A program made the position numbers and the translations under genes. This document shows positions 44,781-53,818 of a DNA stretch of 55,050 bases, piece after piece; position 1 is the stretch's first letter; the number at the start of each line of letters is the position of its first letter. The stretch comes from Bacillota bacterium (GTDB lineage Bacteria > Bacillota > Sulfobacillia > JAJYWN01 > JAJZPE01), in NCBI GenBank assembly GCA_021811325.1, contig JAJZPE010000005.1, forward strand, positions 1 to 55,050, read 5' to 3'. A model generated the notes under the pieces. The model did no database searches. It saw only the letters and a list, made by a program, of their open reading frames with translations, and had not been told where the DNA came from.

Positions 44781-44824
44781 ATTCCCCGCCGGGGATTCCA
44801 CCGCCGGGGATTCCACCGCCGGGG
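44781..44824. repeat. Three tandem copies of ATTCC(A)CCGCCGGGG
   Basis: 44781-44794 (14 bp), 44795-44809 and 44810-44824. Confidence 0.85.
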
Positions 44825-44828
44825 CGGT

Positions 44829-46424
44829 CTAGAAGCTCTTCGAGAAGTCCTCGCCGGATGCGCCCGAGGAGCCCGCGGCGGCCAGGTCCTTCTGCTCCTT
44901 CATCTTGATGATCGTATCGATCCTCAGGATGGCCTCGGCGATCTCGCCGGCGGCCTTGAGGGCGTGGATCTTGACCAGGGCCGGGTCGACCACGCCGAGG
45001 TCGAGCATGTCGGCGATGTCCCCGGTGTCGCAGTTGACGGCCAGCGAGTCGCGCTTGCGGCGGGTCTGCGCGGCGATGACGTCGCCGACCTTCTCCAACG
45101 GGTTGAAGCCGGCGTTGCCGACGATCTGGGCCAGCGGCTTCTTGAGGGCCTCGACGACGCAGTCGAGGCCGTAGACGCTCATCCCCTTGGCCCCGTCGCG
45201 GTGCTTGGCCAGCTCGCGCCCGACGGCCAGCTCGATGGCCCCGCCGCCGGGGACCACCCCGGCTTTGAAGGCCACTTGGACCGACGAGGCGGCGTCTTTG
45301 GCGATGCGCTCACGCTCGCCGACGACTTCTTCGGTGGCCGCGCCGACGAGGATGGTGGCCATCGGCTTCCCTTTGCCGCCGACGATGCGGACCTGCTCGA
45401 GTTTCTCATCCTCGTAGACCCGGTCGGCCCGGCCAAGGTAGCGCTCAATCTCGTCGGGCTCCTTCTTGAGGGCCGTCCGCTTGACCATCCTGGCCCCGCT
45501 GTGCTCGGCCGCCTTGCGGAGCTCGCGTGACGAGACACGGCTGAGGACCAGGACGCCGGCGTCGGTGAGCAGTTCATCGGCCGCGTCGTCGACCCCGCGG
45601 TCGACCAGGACGACGGTGACCCCGAGGCCCACGAGCTTCCTCAGGTTCTTCCGGAACTCGTCCTGGAGTTCCATGTAACGGGCGAAACCGGCTTCGGTCG
45701 AGAGGGCCTCGTCCTCGATCTCCTCAGGCTCAAGGGCGTCGTCGACGATGAGGACGCGGGCGTCCCGGATGTCCTTCGGCATCTGCTTGTTGAGGCGTTC
45801 CTTGTCGATGATCACCCCGAGGAAGACCTCGTTCTCCGCGCCCTCCTCGGAGATGACCGTGTCGGCCAGTTTGAAATGGGTCTCGACGAGCTTCTCGGGC
45901 CCGATCATCCGGGCCGCGCCGACCACCAGGTCGGCGATGTCCTCGTGCTCGCGGCCGGCGATGAGGGCCACCCGCCGGAGGAGCGGGTCGTCGAGGCCGT
46001 TGACCTTGATGGCCTTTTCCTTGATGAGGTCGACGGCCTTCTTGATACCGTAGCGGACGCCGTCGATGACCCGGGTCACCGGGACGCCGCGGGACACCTG
46101 GTTGACCCCCTCTCCGAGGAGCGCGCCGGCCATGATCGTGGCCGTGGTCGTCCCGTCGCCGACCTCCTCCTCCTGGGCCTTGGCGGTGTTGATGACCATC
46201 CGGGCGGCCGGGTGGTTGACCTCCATGCGGGTCAGGATGGTGATGCCGTCGTTGGTGATGACCACCTCGCCGAAGCGGTCGACGAGCATCGTGTCGAGGC
46301 CCTTCGGCCCGATGGTGCCCTCGACCGCCGAGGCGATGGCCCGCACGGCGTTGGCGTTGGTGAACAGCGCGGCCAACCGCTCGTCGACTTCAGAGCCGCT
46401 GGAGATCTGCTTGACGTTGGACAA
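44829..46424 (-). CDS. Thermosome-like (group III) TCP-1/Cpn60 chaperonin
   Basis: GTIGPKGLDTMLVD, ITNDGITIL, HPAA, EVGDGTTT, PGGGAIE, GVVDP..VK..A..ILRID. These are archaeal-type rather than GroEL-type motifs, and the gene sits directly after hrcA with an AAGGAGG RBS. Confidence 0.9.
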   Translation of the reverse strand: MSNVKQISSGSEVDERLAALFTNANAVRAIASAVEGTIGPKGLDTMLVDRFGEVVITNDGITILTRMEVNHPAARMVINTAKAQEEEVGDGTTTATIMAGALLGEGVNQVSRGVPVTRVIDGVRYGIKKAVDLIKEKAIKVNGLDDPLLRRVALIAGREHEDIADLVVGAARMIGPEKLVETHFKLADTVISEEGAENEVFLGVIIDKERLNKQMPKDIRDARVLIVDDALEPEEIEDEALSTEAGFARYMELQDEFRKNLRKLVGLGVTVVLVDRGVDDAADELLTDAGVLVLSRVSSRELRKAAEHSGARMVKRTALKKEPDEIERYLGRADRVYEDEKLEQVRIVGGKGKPMATILVGAATEEVVGERERIAKDAASSVQVAFKAGVVPGGGAIELAVGRELAKHRDGAKGMSVYGLDCVVEALKKPLAQIVGNAGFNPLEKVGDVIAAQTRRKRDSLAVNCDTGDIADMLDLGVVDPALVKIHALKAAGEIAEAILRIDTIIKMKEQKDLAAAGSSGASGEDFSKSF

Positions 46425-46464
46425 TCAGGGCCCTCCTTGATGGACACCGCGTGGGAAACGCCCG

Positions 46465-47511
46465 TCACCGCCGCATCTGGCGGGTGAGGACGTCGGTCAA
46501 TTGCCCGGAGACGTAGCTGACGACGGACATGACATGGCCATAGCGCATGCGGGTCGGGCCGAGGACGCCGACGGCCCCCATGACCCGCTCGCCGGCCCCA
46601 TAGGCGGCCATGACCAGGCTGCAGCTCTGCAGCTCCTGATAGGGATTCTCCTCGCCGATGTAGACCTGCACGGGGCCGGCTTGGGGTTCGCTGAGCAGCG
46701 CCGACACCAGGTGCTCGCGCTCCAGGAAGCCGAGCAGGTCGCGGACGACGTCAAGGTCGCCGAAGTCCGGCTGGCTCAGGATGTTGGCCGTGCCGCCGAG
46801 GTAGACCTTGTCCTCCGCGTCGGCCTGCCCGGCGCGGCCGAGGGCGTCGAAAATGGTGCTGATGAGGCTCCGCCGGCCCGTCGACCCGGCGTTCAGCGAG
46901 CGGACGAAGCCGCGGGTCAGCTTGCCGAGGATCATCCCGCGCAGAATCTCGTTGAGGCTGCGGGAGACCCCGGTGAGGTCCTCGTCGGTGAGGCCTTCGG
47001 GGAGGTCGATGACCCGGTGCTCGACCAGGCCGACGTCGGTCGAGAGGACCATCAACAGGCGGTCGCCGGGCAGCCGGACCAGCTTGAGGTCGCGGAAGAC
47101 GGCCCTGGCGTAACGCGGCCCGAGGACCATCGCCGTGTAGCTGGTGGCCTCCGAGACCAGCCGGGCCGTCTGCTGGATGAGGGTCTCAGCGTCGCGCGGG
47201 CTGTCGTAGGCCTCCCTTATCCAGCGGGCCTCGACGTCCTCGAGGTCCTCGGGGTGGGTGAGGGAGTCGACGTAAAAGCGGTAACCCCGGCTGGACGGGA
47301 CGCGCCCGGCCGAGGTGTGCGGCTGCTGCAGGTAGCCCAGGGTGTCCAGCTCGGCCGTCTCGTTGCGGATGGTGGCCGGGCTGACCCCCAGGTCGTGGCG
47401 GGCGAGCAGAGCCAGGGAACCGACCGGCTCACCCGTCCGGATGTAGTCCTCGACCAGGGCCATGAGGATGGCCCGTTTCCTGGGGTCCAGGCGTTGCGCC
47501 GTCTCAGGCAT
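46465..47511 (-). CDS. hrcA: Heat-inducible transcription repressor HrcA
   Basis: RKRAIL..YIRTGEPVGS, SPATIRNE, QPHTSAGRVPS..GYRFYVD, IGEEN, GPTRMRY. Confidence 0.95.
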   Translation of the reverse strand: MPETAQRLDPRKRAILMALVEDYIRTGEPVGSLALLARHDLGVSPATIRNETAELDTLGYLQQPHTSAGRVPSSRGYRFYVDSLTHPEDLEDVEARWIREAYDSPRDAETLIQQTARLVSEATSYTAMVLGPRYARAVFRDLKLVRLPGDRLLMVLSTDVGLVEHRVIDLPEGLTDEDLTGVSRSLNEILRGMILGKLTRGFVRSLNAGSTGRRSLISTIFDALGRAGQADAEDKVYLGGTANILSQPDFGDLDVVRDLLGFLEREHLVSALLSEPQAGPVQVYIGEENPYQELQSCSLVMAAYGAGERVMGAVGVLGPTRMRYGHVMSVVSYVSGQLTDVLTRQMRR

Positions 47512-47602
47512 CCTCTTCCCTCCCGCGGGGCTCGGGTGAGCCGTTCGTCGCGCAAACCTTAGTGGAGCCTGCATTTGGCAAATCGTCGGACGGTTCTTCA
47601 CT

Positions 47603-47629
47603 CTAGCACTCCCGCCCGGCGAGTGCCAA
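47603..47629 (-). promoter_or_regulatory. CIRCE operator
   Basis: TTGGCACTC-N9-GAGTGCTAG on the minus strand. Confidence 0.92.
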
Positions 47630-47640
47630 CCCTAAGATAG

Positions 47641-47669
47641 AACATAGCATCACCAGGAAACCCTGTCAA
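47641..47669 (-). promoter_or_regulatory. sigA promoter of the hrcA operon
   Basis: TTGACA-N17-TATGTT with extended TG, just upstream of CIRCE. Confidence 0.8.
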
Positions 47670-47866
47670 GGCACGACCACGGCGATCAAGCTGGCCACGT
47701 TTTCAGCCACTGGGGGCTGGACTTCATCACCGTGATCCACGTCCGTGGTAACGCCGCGCGTAAACGGCTGGCCGGGCAAGACGAGAAGTCATCGCTGCGT
47801 CCGTCAGCTTAGCGGGCCCCGGCGATCACCAAGGCGCGCGCGGCCACCCTTACCGGAGAGTCGGCG

Positions 47867-49039
47867 TCAGTCAACGAACTCCTGAAAGACCTGATTGGCC
47901 AGGAGCAGCCCGCGCCCGGTCAGGCGCAGCCGGTCGCCCTCACGGGCGGCCAGGCCCGACGCCGTGGCCCGGCCGATGGCCCCGGGGAAGAGGTCTTCGA
48001 GGCTCCGGCCGTGCTCAGCGGCGAACTCGGCCAGCGACAGCCCCTCGATGAGCCGCAGGGCCAAGAAGGCGGCCTCACCGGCGGCCCGGCGCGGGTCCAG
48101 TTCCTCGGCCTCGCCGACGGGGTCGGCCCCGGCCTCGACGAGGTGGATATAGCCGGCGACGTCGCCGACGTTGCCGCGGCGGCGCGCCCCCAGGTGGGAC
48201 CAGGCCGCTGCGCCGAGGCCGGCGTAGTCGCGGTTGCGCCAGTAGAGGAGGTTGTGCCGGGAGCGGCTCCCGGGGCGCGCCCAGTTGGATAGCTCGTAGT
48301 GCTCGTAGCCCGCGACGGCCATGGCCTCCCGGGCGTCCTCGTACATGGCCGCCTCGGCGTCCTCGCCCGGGAGGTCCAGGCGGCCGGCGGCCTGGTCGCG
48401 GTGGAACGGCGTCCCCGGCTCGACCTTGAGGGCGTAGGCGGCGAGATGTTCCGGTTCAAGGGCGACGGCGGCCCGCAGGGTCGCGCGCCAGTCGTCGGCG
48501 GTCTGACCGGGCAGGCCGTAGATGAGGTCGAGGTTCAGGTCGGTGAAGCCGGCGGCGCGGGCGGCGGCCACGGCGGCCTTGATGGCCGCGGCGTCGTGGG
48601 CCCGCCCGAGGCGGGCCAGGAGGCGGTCCTGGAAGGCCTGCGCCCCAAGGCTAAGGCGGTTGAAGCCGGCCGCCCGCAGGTCTCCCAGGCGGGCGGCGTC
48701 GACCGTCCCGGGGTTGGCCTCGACGGTCACCTCGGCCCGGGGCTCGACGGCGTAGCGCGCGGACAGGTGCTCGAGGAGGCCGGCCAACTCACGAGGTTCG
48801 ATGGTCGTCGGCGTGCCGCCGCCGAAGTAGACGCCCTCGATGGCGCGGCCGGCAAGCTCCGGGGCGCGCCGGTCGGCCTCGCGGCGCACGGCCGCGAAGT
48901 AGGGCCTGACCAGTCCCGCCGCTCCGGCCCGGCCGATGGGCAGCGAGACGAAGTCGCAGTAGTTGCACTTTCGGAGGCAAAAGGGGACGTGGACGTAGAG
49001 GCCGGCGGGAGCGGCCCCACCGCCGATGGTCTGGCTCAC
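47867..49039 (-). CDS. hemW: Radical SAM heme chaperone HemW
   Basis: [40 protein letters not shown]; GTGA overlap with lepA. Confidence 0.92.
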   Translation of the reverse strand: MSQTIGGGAAPAGLYVHVPFCLRKCNYCDFVSLPIGRAGAAGLVRPYFAAVRREADRRAPELAGRAIEGVYFGGGTPTTIEPRELAGLLEHLSARYAVEPRAEVTVEANPGTVDAARLGDLRAAGFNRLSLGAQAFQDRLLARLGRAHDAAAIKAAVAAARAAGFTDLNLDLIYGLPGQTADDWRATLRAAVALEPEHLAAYALKVEPGTPFHRDQAAGRLDLPGEDAEAAMYEDAREAMAVAGYEHYELSNWARPGSRSRHNLLYWRNRDYAGLGAAAWSHLGARRRGNVGDVAGYIHLVEAGADPVGEAEELDPRRAAGEAAFLALRLIEGLSLAEFAAEHGRSLEDLFPGAIGRATASGLAAREGDRLRLTGRGLLLANQVFQEFVD

Positions 49040-50850
49040 TCGATCTTCAGGACGGCCATGAAGGCCTCCTGCGGCAGGTCGACCTGGCCGACCCGCTTCA
49101 TCCGTTTCTTGCCTTCCTTCTGCTTTTCGAGGAGCTTGCGCTTGCGGGTGACGTCGCCGCCGTAGCACTTGGCCAGGACGTCCTTGCGCATGGCCTTGAC
49201 CGTCTCCCGGGCGATGATTGTCCGGCCGATGGCCGCCTGGACCGGGATCTCGAAGAGGTGCCTGGGGATGACCTCCTTGAGCTTCTCGGTCAGGGCCCGC
49301 GCCCGGACCAGCGCCTTGTCCCGATGGAGGATGACCGACAGGGCGTCGACCGGCTCCTCGTTGATGAGGAGGTCCATCCGGACCAGGTCGCCGGAGCGGT
49401 AGGCGAGGAAGTCGTAGTCGAGCGAGGCGTAGCCGCGGCTCCTCGACTTCAACTGGTCGAAGAAATCGAACATGATCTCCCCGAGGGGGAGTTCGTAGGT
49501 CAGCTCGACCCGCGCCGTATCGATGTACTCCATGGTCACGAAGACCCCGCGCCGCTCGCGGCACAGGTCCATCAGCGGGCCGAGGTAGTCGGTCGGGGTT
49601 ATCAGGCTGGCCTTGACGTATGGCTCCTGGATCTCGACGAGGCGGTCGGGGGTGGGCATGTCCACCGGGTTGTCGATCATCCGGACCGTCCCGTCGGTCA
49701 TGATCACCCGGTAGACCACGTTCGGGGCGGTGGTCACCAGGTCCAGCCCGTACTCGCGTTCCAGCCGCTCCTGGACGATCTCCATGTGGAGCAGCCCGAG
49801 GAAGCCCCCGCGGAAGCCGAAGCCGAGGGCGGCCGAGGTCTCCGGCTCATACACCAGGGCGGCGTCGTTGAGCTGCAATTTCTCCAGGGCCTCACGCAAA
49901 GGCTCGTAGTCGGTCGGCTCGACCGGGTAGAGCCCGCAGTAGACCATCGGCGTCGCCTTGCGGTAGCCGGGCAACGGGGCCGCGGCCGGGCGGTCGGCGG
50001 TGGTGATGGTGTCGCCGACCCGGGTGTCGGCCACGTTCTTGACGCCGGCGGCGATGTAGCCGACGTGGCCCGTGGGGAGCTCGTCGACCTGGGTCATGGC
50101 CGGCCTGAAGACCCCGACCTCGCTGACCTCGAAGTCCTTGCCGGTGGACATCATCTTCATCCGGAGGCCCTTCCGCACGCTCCCGTTGAAGACCCTGACG
50201 TAACTGATGGCGCCCTTATAGGAGTCGTAGTGCGAATCGAAGATGAGGGCCTGCAAGGGCGCCTCCCGGCCGCCGGCCGGCGGCGGGATGCGCTTGACGA
50301 CAGCCTCGAGGACCTCGTCGATGCCCCGGCCTGCCTTGGCCGAAACGGCGATGGCCTCCGCCGGGTCGAGGCCGAGGACATCCTTGATTTGGCCCTTCAC
50401 ACGCTCTACGTCGGCGCTGGGCAGGTCGATCTTGTTGATGACCGGGACGAGGACCAGGTCGTGCTCCATGGCCAGGTAAGCGTTGGCCAGGGTCTGGGCC
50501 TCGATGCCCTGGGTGGCGTCGACCACCAGGAGCGCTCCCTCGCAGGCGGCGAGGCTGCGCGAGACCTCGTACGAGAAATCGACGTGGCCCGGGGTGTCGA
50601 TGAGGTTGAGGACATAGGCCTGCCCGTCGCGGGCGTGGTAGGTCAGGTTCACGGCGGTCGCCTTGATGGTGATGCCGCGCTCACGCTCCAGGTCCATCTG
50701 GTCGAGGACCTGGTCCTGCATCTCGCGGGCGGCGATGGCCCCGGTCACCTCGAGGATGCGGTCGGCCAGGGTCGACTTGCCGTGATCGATGTGGGCGATG
50801 ATGCAGAAGTTCCTCAAGTGGTCCTGGGGGACGGGACGGTCATTGGGCAT
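49036..50850 (-). CDS. lepA: Elongation factor 4
   Basis: [55 protein letters not shown]. Confidence 0.97.
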   Translation of the reverse strand: MPNDRPVPQDHLRNFCIIAHIDHGKSTLADRILEVTGAIAAREMQDQVLDQMDLERERGITIKATAVNLTYHARDGQAYVLNLIDTPGHVDFSYEVSRSLAACEGALLVVDATQGIEAQTLANAYLAMEHDLVLVPVINKIDLPSADVERVKGQIKDVLGLDPAEAIAVSAKAGRGIDEVLEAVVKRIPPPAGGREAPLQALIFDSHYDSYKGAISYVRVFNGSVRKGLRMKMMSTGKDFEVSEVGVFRPAMTQVDELPTGHVGYIAAGVKNVADTRVGDTITTADRPAAAPLPGYRKATPMVYCGLYPVEPTDYEPLREALEKLQLNDAALVYEPETSAALGFGFRGGFLGLLHMEIVQERLEREYGLDLVTTAPNVVYRVIMTDGTVRMIDNPVDMPTPDRLVEIQEPYVKASLITPTDYLGPLMDLCRERRGVFVTMEYIDTARVELTYELPLGEIMFDFFDQLKSRSRGYASLDYDFLAYRSGDLVRMDLLINEEPVDALSVILHRDKALVRARALTEKLKEVIPRHLFEIPVQAAIGRTIIARETVKAMRKDVLAKCYGGDVTRKRKLLEKQKEGKKRMKRVGQVDLPQEAFMAVLKIE

Positions 50851-50892
50851 AAAGAAAATCCCTTTCTCTCGGGATTAGCAAAATACAGCTAG

Positions 50893-50922
50893 ATTATACA
50901 CCGGAGCCGGAAACGCAAGCAA
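50893..50922 (-). promoter_or_regulatory. sigA-type promoter of lepA
   Basis: TTGCTT-N18-TATAAT. Confidence 0.65.
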
Positions 50923-51352
50923 GGCCGGGGCTCGGCAGGCGAGCCGGCGGGTCCGTCCCCGGCCCGCCACCAAGGGCCCGGCGCAAGGCTTCGAGGCAAC
51001 GGCCGACGGCTTCGCGCCAGGCCTCGACCGAGCCGAGCCAGACGCGGCCGGTGAAGAAGCTCCGGCTCGCACCTCCGGCCGGTCCGTGGCCCGGGATGAA
51101 CAGGGCCAGGCCGGGCCGGTCGCCGGCGCCGGCCTCGAAACCGAGCCCCGCCAACCGCTCGGACCAGCGATAATCGTGCCCGAAGAGGGACAAAGCGTAA
51201 TGGCCCGGCGCCGGCCGGGCGAGACTGAGGGCTCGTCCGACCTGACGGCGGCCGGTCAGGGCGGTTATCCCGTCTTCGGCCGTGCCCAGGCCGACCTGCA
51301 GGAGAAGGATGACGGCCAGCAGGATGACCGCGGTCTTGGGACGATCGGGCAT
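50894..51352 (-). CDS. Hypothetical protein with N-terminal TM/signal segment (yqxA position)
   Basis: MPDRPKTAVILLAVILLLQVGLG. It lies between spoIIP and lepA behind a sigF/G-like promoter. Confidence 0.5.
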   Translation of the reverse strand: MPDRPKTAVILLAVILLLQVGLGTAEDGITALTGRRQVGRALSLARPAPGHYALSLFGHDYRWSERLAGLGFEAGAGDRPGLALFIPGHGPAGGASRSFFTGRVWLGSVEAWREAVGRCLEALRRALGGGPGTDPPARLPSPGLACVSGSGV

Positions 51353-51360
51353 ACTAGGGA

Positions 51361-51390
51361 TAAAGTGCCAATCCCCGGCCGGGACTATGC
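51361..51390 (-). promoter_or_regulatory. sigF/sigG-like promoter
   Basis: GCATA-N15-TGGCACTTTA. Confidence 0.5.
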
Positions 51391-51442
51391 GTGAAAAGCA
51401 AGGGGGCACTTCCGGCGAGGCGCCCACCCGACGAAGGGGCCC

Positions 51443-52681
51443 TCACCGGCCGCCCTGGGCGGTCTGGCCGCTCTGGCCCTTGAGCAACCCGGCGACGGCC
51501 CTGGCCATCAACTTGGCCGTCCGCAGCTCCTCGTCGAGGGAGTTCTCCGGCCCGCCTATCTCGATGAGGACGGCGTTGGGCGAGAGGTGCTGGTTATAGC
51601 GGTCGGCCTTGACCGCAATCCCCCGCGAGAGGCCGGGATACAGCCGCTCGACCTCCGCCACCAGGTTCTTGGCGACGGCGTAGTTCTTCTGCCAGTTGGG
51701 TTGACGAAGCGACCGCCCGCCGCTCCCGATGATCAGCATCACCCGGGCCACGTCCCGCCCGTCGACCCGTAGGACCGTGTCCTTGCGCGCCGAGGAGTCG
51801 CGGTGCAAGTCGATGATCAGCCTGAGGGTGGGGTAGTCTTTCAGGAGGCTCTGGACGGTGGTCGCCGAACGGGTGTAGGCGCCGAGGTAGCCGTCCGCGT
51901 CGTGGGGCACGCGGACCTGCACGACGCCCAGGCCGTACCGCGAATACAGCTCGCGGGCCAGTTCCTCGCCGACCCGGATCACGTTCAACCGCTGGTCGCT
52001 GGTGTAGGCGTTGGGCTGGTAAGGCCGTCCCGAGGCCACCAGGTCGGGCAGGAACGACTCCGAGGAGTGCGTGCTGTAGATGGCCACCTCGACCTTCTGC
52101 CCCAGGACCAGCGGGTCGGTCCCATTCGCCGCCGGCGGCCCGGGCGTGGTCGAAGTGGCCGGCGCGACCACCGGGGGGACCACCTCTTCGCCGCTGTCGG
52201 CGCTGACCAGTTCGACCTGTTCGAGCAGGGGCACGCCGGCCCTTAGGAGTGACAGAGGGTCGGTCGGTTCGAAGCCCAGGAAGTAACTCGCCGCCTGGGC
52301 GAGCAGCCCGCGGTTCTGCGCCGGTGCCCGGCCCGATTGGTCCAGGCCGATGAGGGGGATGGTGTTGTCGATGATCTCCCGGAAGACTCGTTTCTGCAGG
52401 CGGTGCCAGACATCGTCCTCCGGTTGCGCCGCCGGGGCTGGGGCTTCGCTCTTGCCGGCGGAAGCCATGGCCGGAACGGCCTCTTCGCCGATGACCGCCC
52501 CGTGAAGGCCGGCGGGCCCGTCCGTCGCCGGCGGCCGGCCAACGGCGAGCAGCCGCGGTTCATCGACGAGCAACCCGACGGTAGCCACGCAAACGAGGAC
52601 GTAGACCAAGAGCCATCCGGGGTGGATGCGGCCCAGCCCGGGAACATCCACCCGGGCCTTTTTCCACGCGCCGTGGGCCAA
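51443..52681 (-). CDS. spoIIP: Stage II sporulation protein P
   Basis: N-terminal TM, IYSTHSSESF, V..VG..L, AYTRS, IDLHRDS, G.SRG, RYNQHL, LIEIGG..N. Confidence 0.9.
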   Translation of the reverse strand: MAHGAWKKARVDVPGLGRIHPGWLLVYVLVCVATVGLLVDEPRLLAVGRPPATDGPAGLHGAVIGEEAVPAMASAGKSEAPAPAAQPEDDVWHRLQKRVFREIIDNTIPLIGLDQSGRAPAQNRGLLAQAASYFLGFEPTDPLSLLRAGVPLLEQVELVSADSGEEVVPPVVAPATSTTPGPPAANGTDPLVLGQKVEVAIYSTHSSESFLPDLVASGRPYQPNAYTSDQRLNVIRVGEELARELYSRYGLGVVQVRVPHDADGYLGAYTRSATTVQSLLKDYPTLRLIIDLHRDSSARKDTVLRVDGRDVARVMLIIGSGGRSLRQPNWQKNYAVAKNLVAEVERLYPGLSRGIAVKADRYNQHLSPNAVLIEIGGPENSLDEELRTAKLMARAVAGLLKGQSGQTAQGGR

Positions 52682-52704
52682 GCCCCGTCACCCCCATGTA
52701 GCCT

Positions 52705-52733
52705 ATCCTATGAGGGACGAAGCCCGATATGAC
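52705..52733 (-). promoter_or_regulatory. sigE-type promoter of spoIIP
   Basis: GTCATAT-N14-CATAGGAT. Confidence 0.7.
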
Positions 52734-52759
52734 CCGGCAGGGACGACCCCCGGCGACAA

Positions 52760-52801
52760 GAACCCCGGACGGCCTGGCGGTTCGGCCAGGCGCCGGGGTT
52801 T
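52760..52801 (-). terminator. Probable terminator after the holin-family gene
   Basis: AACCCCGG..GCCTGGC / GCCAGGC..CCGGGGTT followed by CTTGT. Confidence 0.5.
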
Positions 52802-52843
52802 GAAGGCGGTAGCGTCGGTCGCTCGGGTTACTCGGGCCGCGCG

Positions 52844-53173
52844 TCAGCCACGGAGTTCCGTAGGTACCAGGGCATCGATGACCCCGATGACCAGGGCCGC
52901 CAGCAGCGCTCCGATGATGCTCACCCGCATCGTCGGAACCAGGAACTGCGCCAGGTAGATGACTACGGCGGAGACCACGAAGCCCACCAGGCCGCGGCTT
53001 TGTGGCGAGACACGGCGGCCGAGGATGGCTTCGATGACCCAACCGATGGCCGCGATGACCAAGGCGGCCAACAGCGCGTTCCAAAATCCGGCGATCCGGA
53101 AACCAGGGACGATGTACTGCACGAACAAGAGCACCAGGGCCGAGACAACGAACCGTACAATCGCTCCAAGCAC
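52844..53173 (-). CDS. Four-TM phage holin family (superfamily IV, YvlD-like) membrane protein
   Basis: Two repeats of VSA.V....Q..VP......ALLAALVI; GGGGGTG RBS. Confidence 0.8.
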   Translation of the reverse strand: MLGAIVRFVVSALVLLFVQYIVPGFRIAGFWNALLAALVIAAIGWVIEAILGRRVSPQSRGLVGFVVSAVVIYLAQFLVPTMRVSIIGALLAALVIGVIDALVPTELRG

Positions 53174-53222
53174 CGGCTTTCACCCCCTCTAGGCTGGACT
53201 GACAGTCATGCTTTTCCAGCTC

Positions 53223-53252
53223 TAGGCTGCCCTCGGTGGGCCCGGTTTATGC
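53223..53252 (-). promoter_or_regulatory. sigF-type promoter
   Basis: GCATA-N15-GGGCAGCCTA. Confidence 0.6.
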
Positions 53253-53295
53253 GTCCGCGCTCGCCGACGGTCCCGGCGCCGAGGCCGGCCGAAAC

Positions 53296-53325
53296 TTGCG
53301 CCCACCCAGTCCAGCATGGTAAAAT
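53296..53325 (+). promoter_or_regulatory. sigA-type promoter of rpsT
   Basis: TTGCGC-N18-TAAAAT with extended TG. Confidence 0.65.
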
Positions 53326-53346
53326 CTACAAGGGGGTGAAACGGAT

Positions 53347-53712
53347 TTGGCCAACATCAAGTCGGCGTCCAAGAGAGCCCGGACATCCGAGAGAAAGAGA
53401 AACACCAACGTTGGGGTCCGTAGCCGGATTCGTGGTCTGGTCCAGCAGTATGGGGCGGCCGTAGCCCAGAAAGACCTGCCCAAGGCCCAGGGGCTACTGC
53501 TCCAGGCCCAAAGCGCGATGGACAACGCCGTCGGGCGGGGGGTCATCCACAAGAACGCCGGCTCCAGGCATAAGTCGCGGTTGGCCAAGGCCCTCGTCCC
53601 ACTGACCAAGACAAAGCCGAAACGGGCCGCCCGCACGCGCAAGAAGACCGCGCCGGCGCCGGAGCCGCCCGTGGAGAAGAAGATCGCCGAGGAGAAGGTC
53701 GCCGCGCCCTGA
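53347..53712 (+). CDS. rpsT: 30S ribosomal protein bS20 with C-terminal extension
   Basis: MANIKSASKR...G.IHKNAGSRHKSRL; convergent with holA. Confidence 0.93.
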   Translation: MANIKSASKRARTSERKRNTNVGVRSRIRGLVQQYGAAVAQKDLPKAQGLLLQAQSAMDNAVGRGVIHKNAGSRHKSRLAKALVPLTKTKPKRAARTRKKTAPAPEPPVEKKIAEEKVAAP

Positions 53713-53760
53713 GACGGGTGGGCCCTCGACCCTCGACCCGTCCCGGTCCCGAGGGACAAC

Positions 53761-53793
53761 AAGCCCCGGGGGGTTCGAACCCCCGGGGCTTTT
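53761..53793 (+). terminator. Intrinsic terminator after rpsT (may also serve holA)
   Basis: AAGCCCCGGGGG-gttcgaa-CCCCCGGGGCTTTT. Confidence 0.85.
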
Positions 53794-53818
53794 CCGCCGT
53801 CGGCGCCGGGCCGGCGGG

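Noticed and set aside
44781-44824. Tandem repeat as a possible mini-CRISPR
   Set aside because: The units are 14-15 bp and contiguous, with no spacers and no cas genes.
47670-47866. ~200-bp hemW-hrcA intergenic stretch as a possible sRNA
   Set aside because: Only short hairpins and a repeated CGGCGATCA are present, with no convincing promoter-terminator unit or ORF.
49040-49564. N-terminal extensions in the ORF track for hemW (also era, cdd, ybeY, yqeY, hrcA and the amidohydrolase)
   Set aside because: They overlap upstream genes or regulatory DNA. Better starts with an RBS or GTGA coupling exist downstream.
49795-49825. LepA GFRGGFLG instead of the usual GFRCGFLG
   Set aside because: This is a single substitution and may be ordinary variation.
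52844-53173. Holin as evidence of a prophage
   Set aside because: There is no integrase, endolysin or structural gene, and the context is core chromosome.
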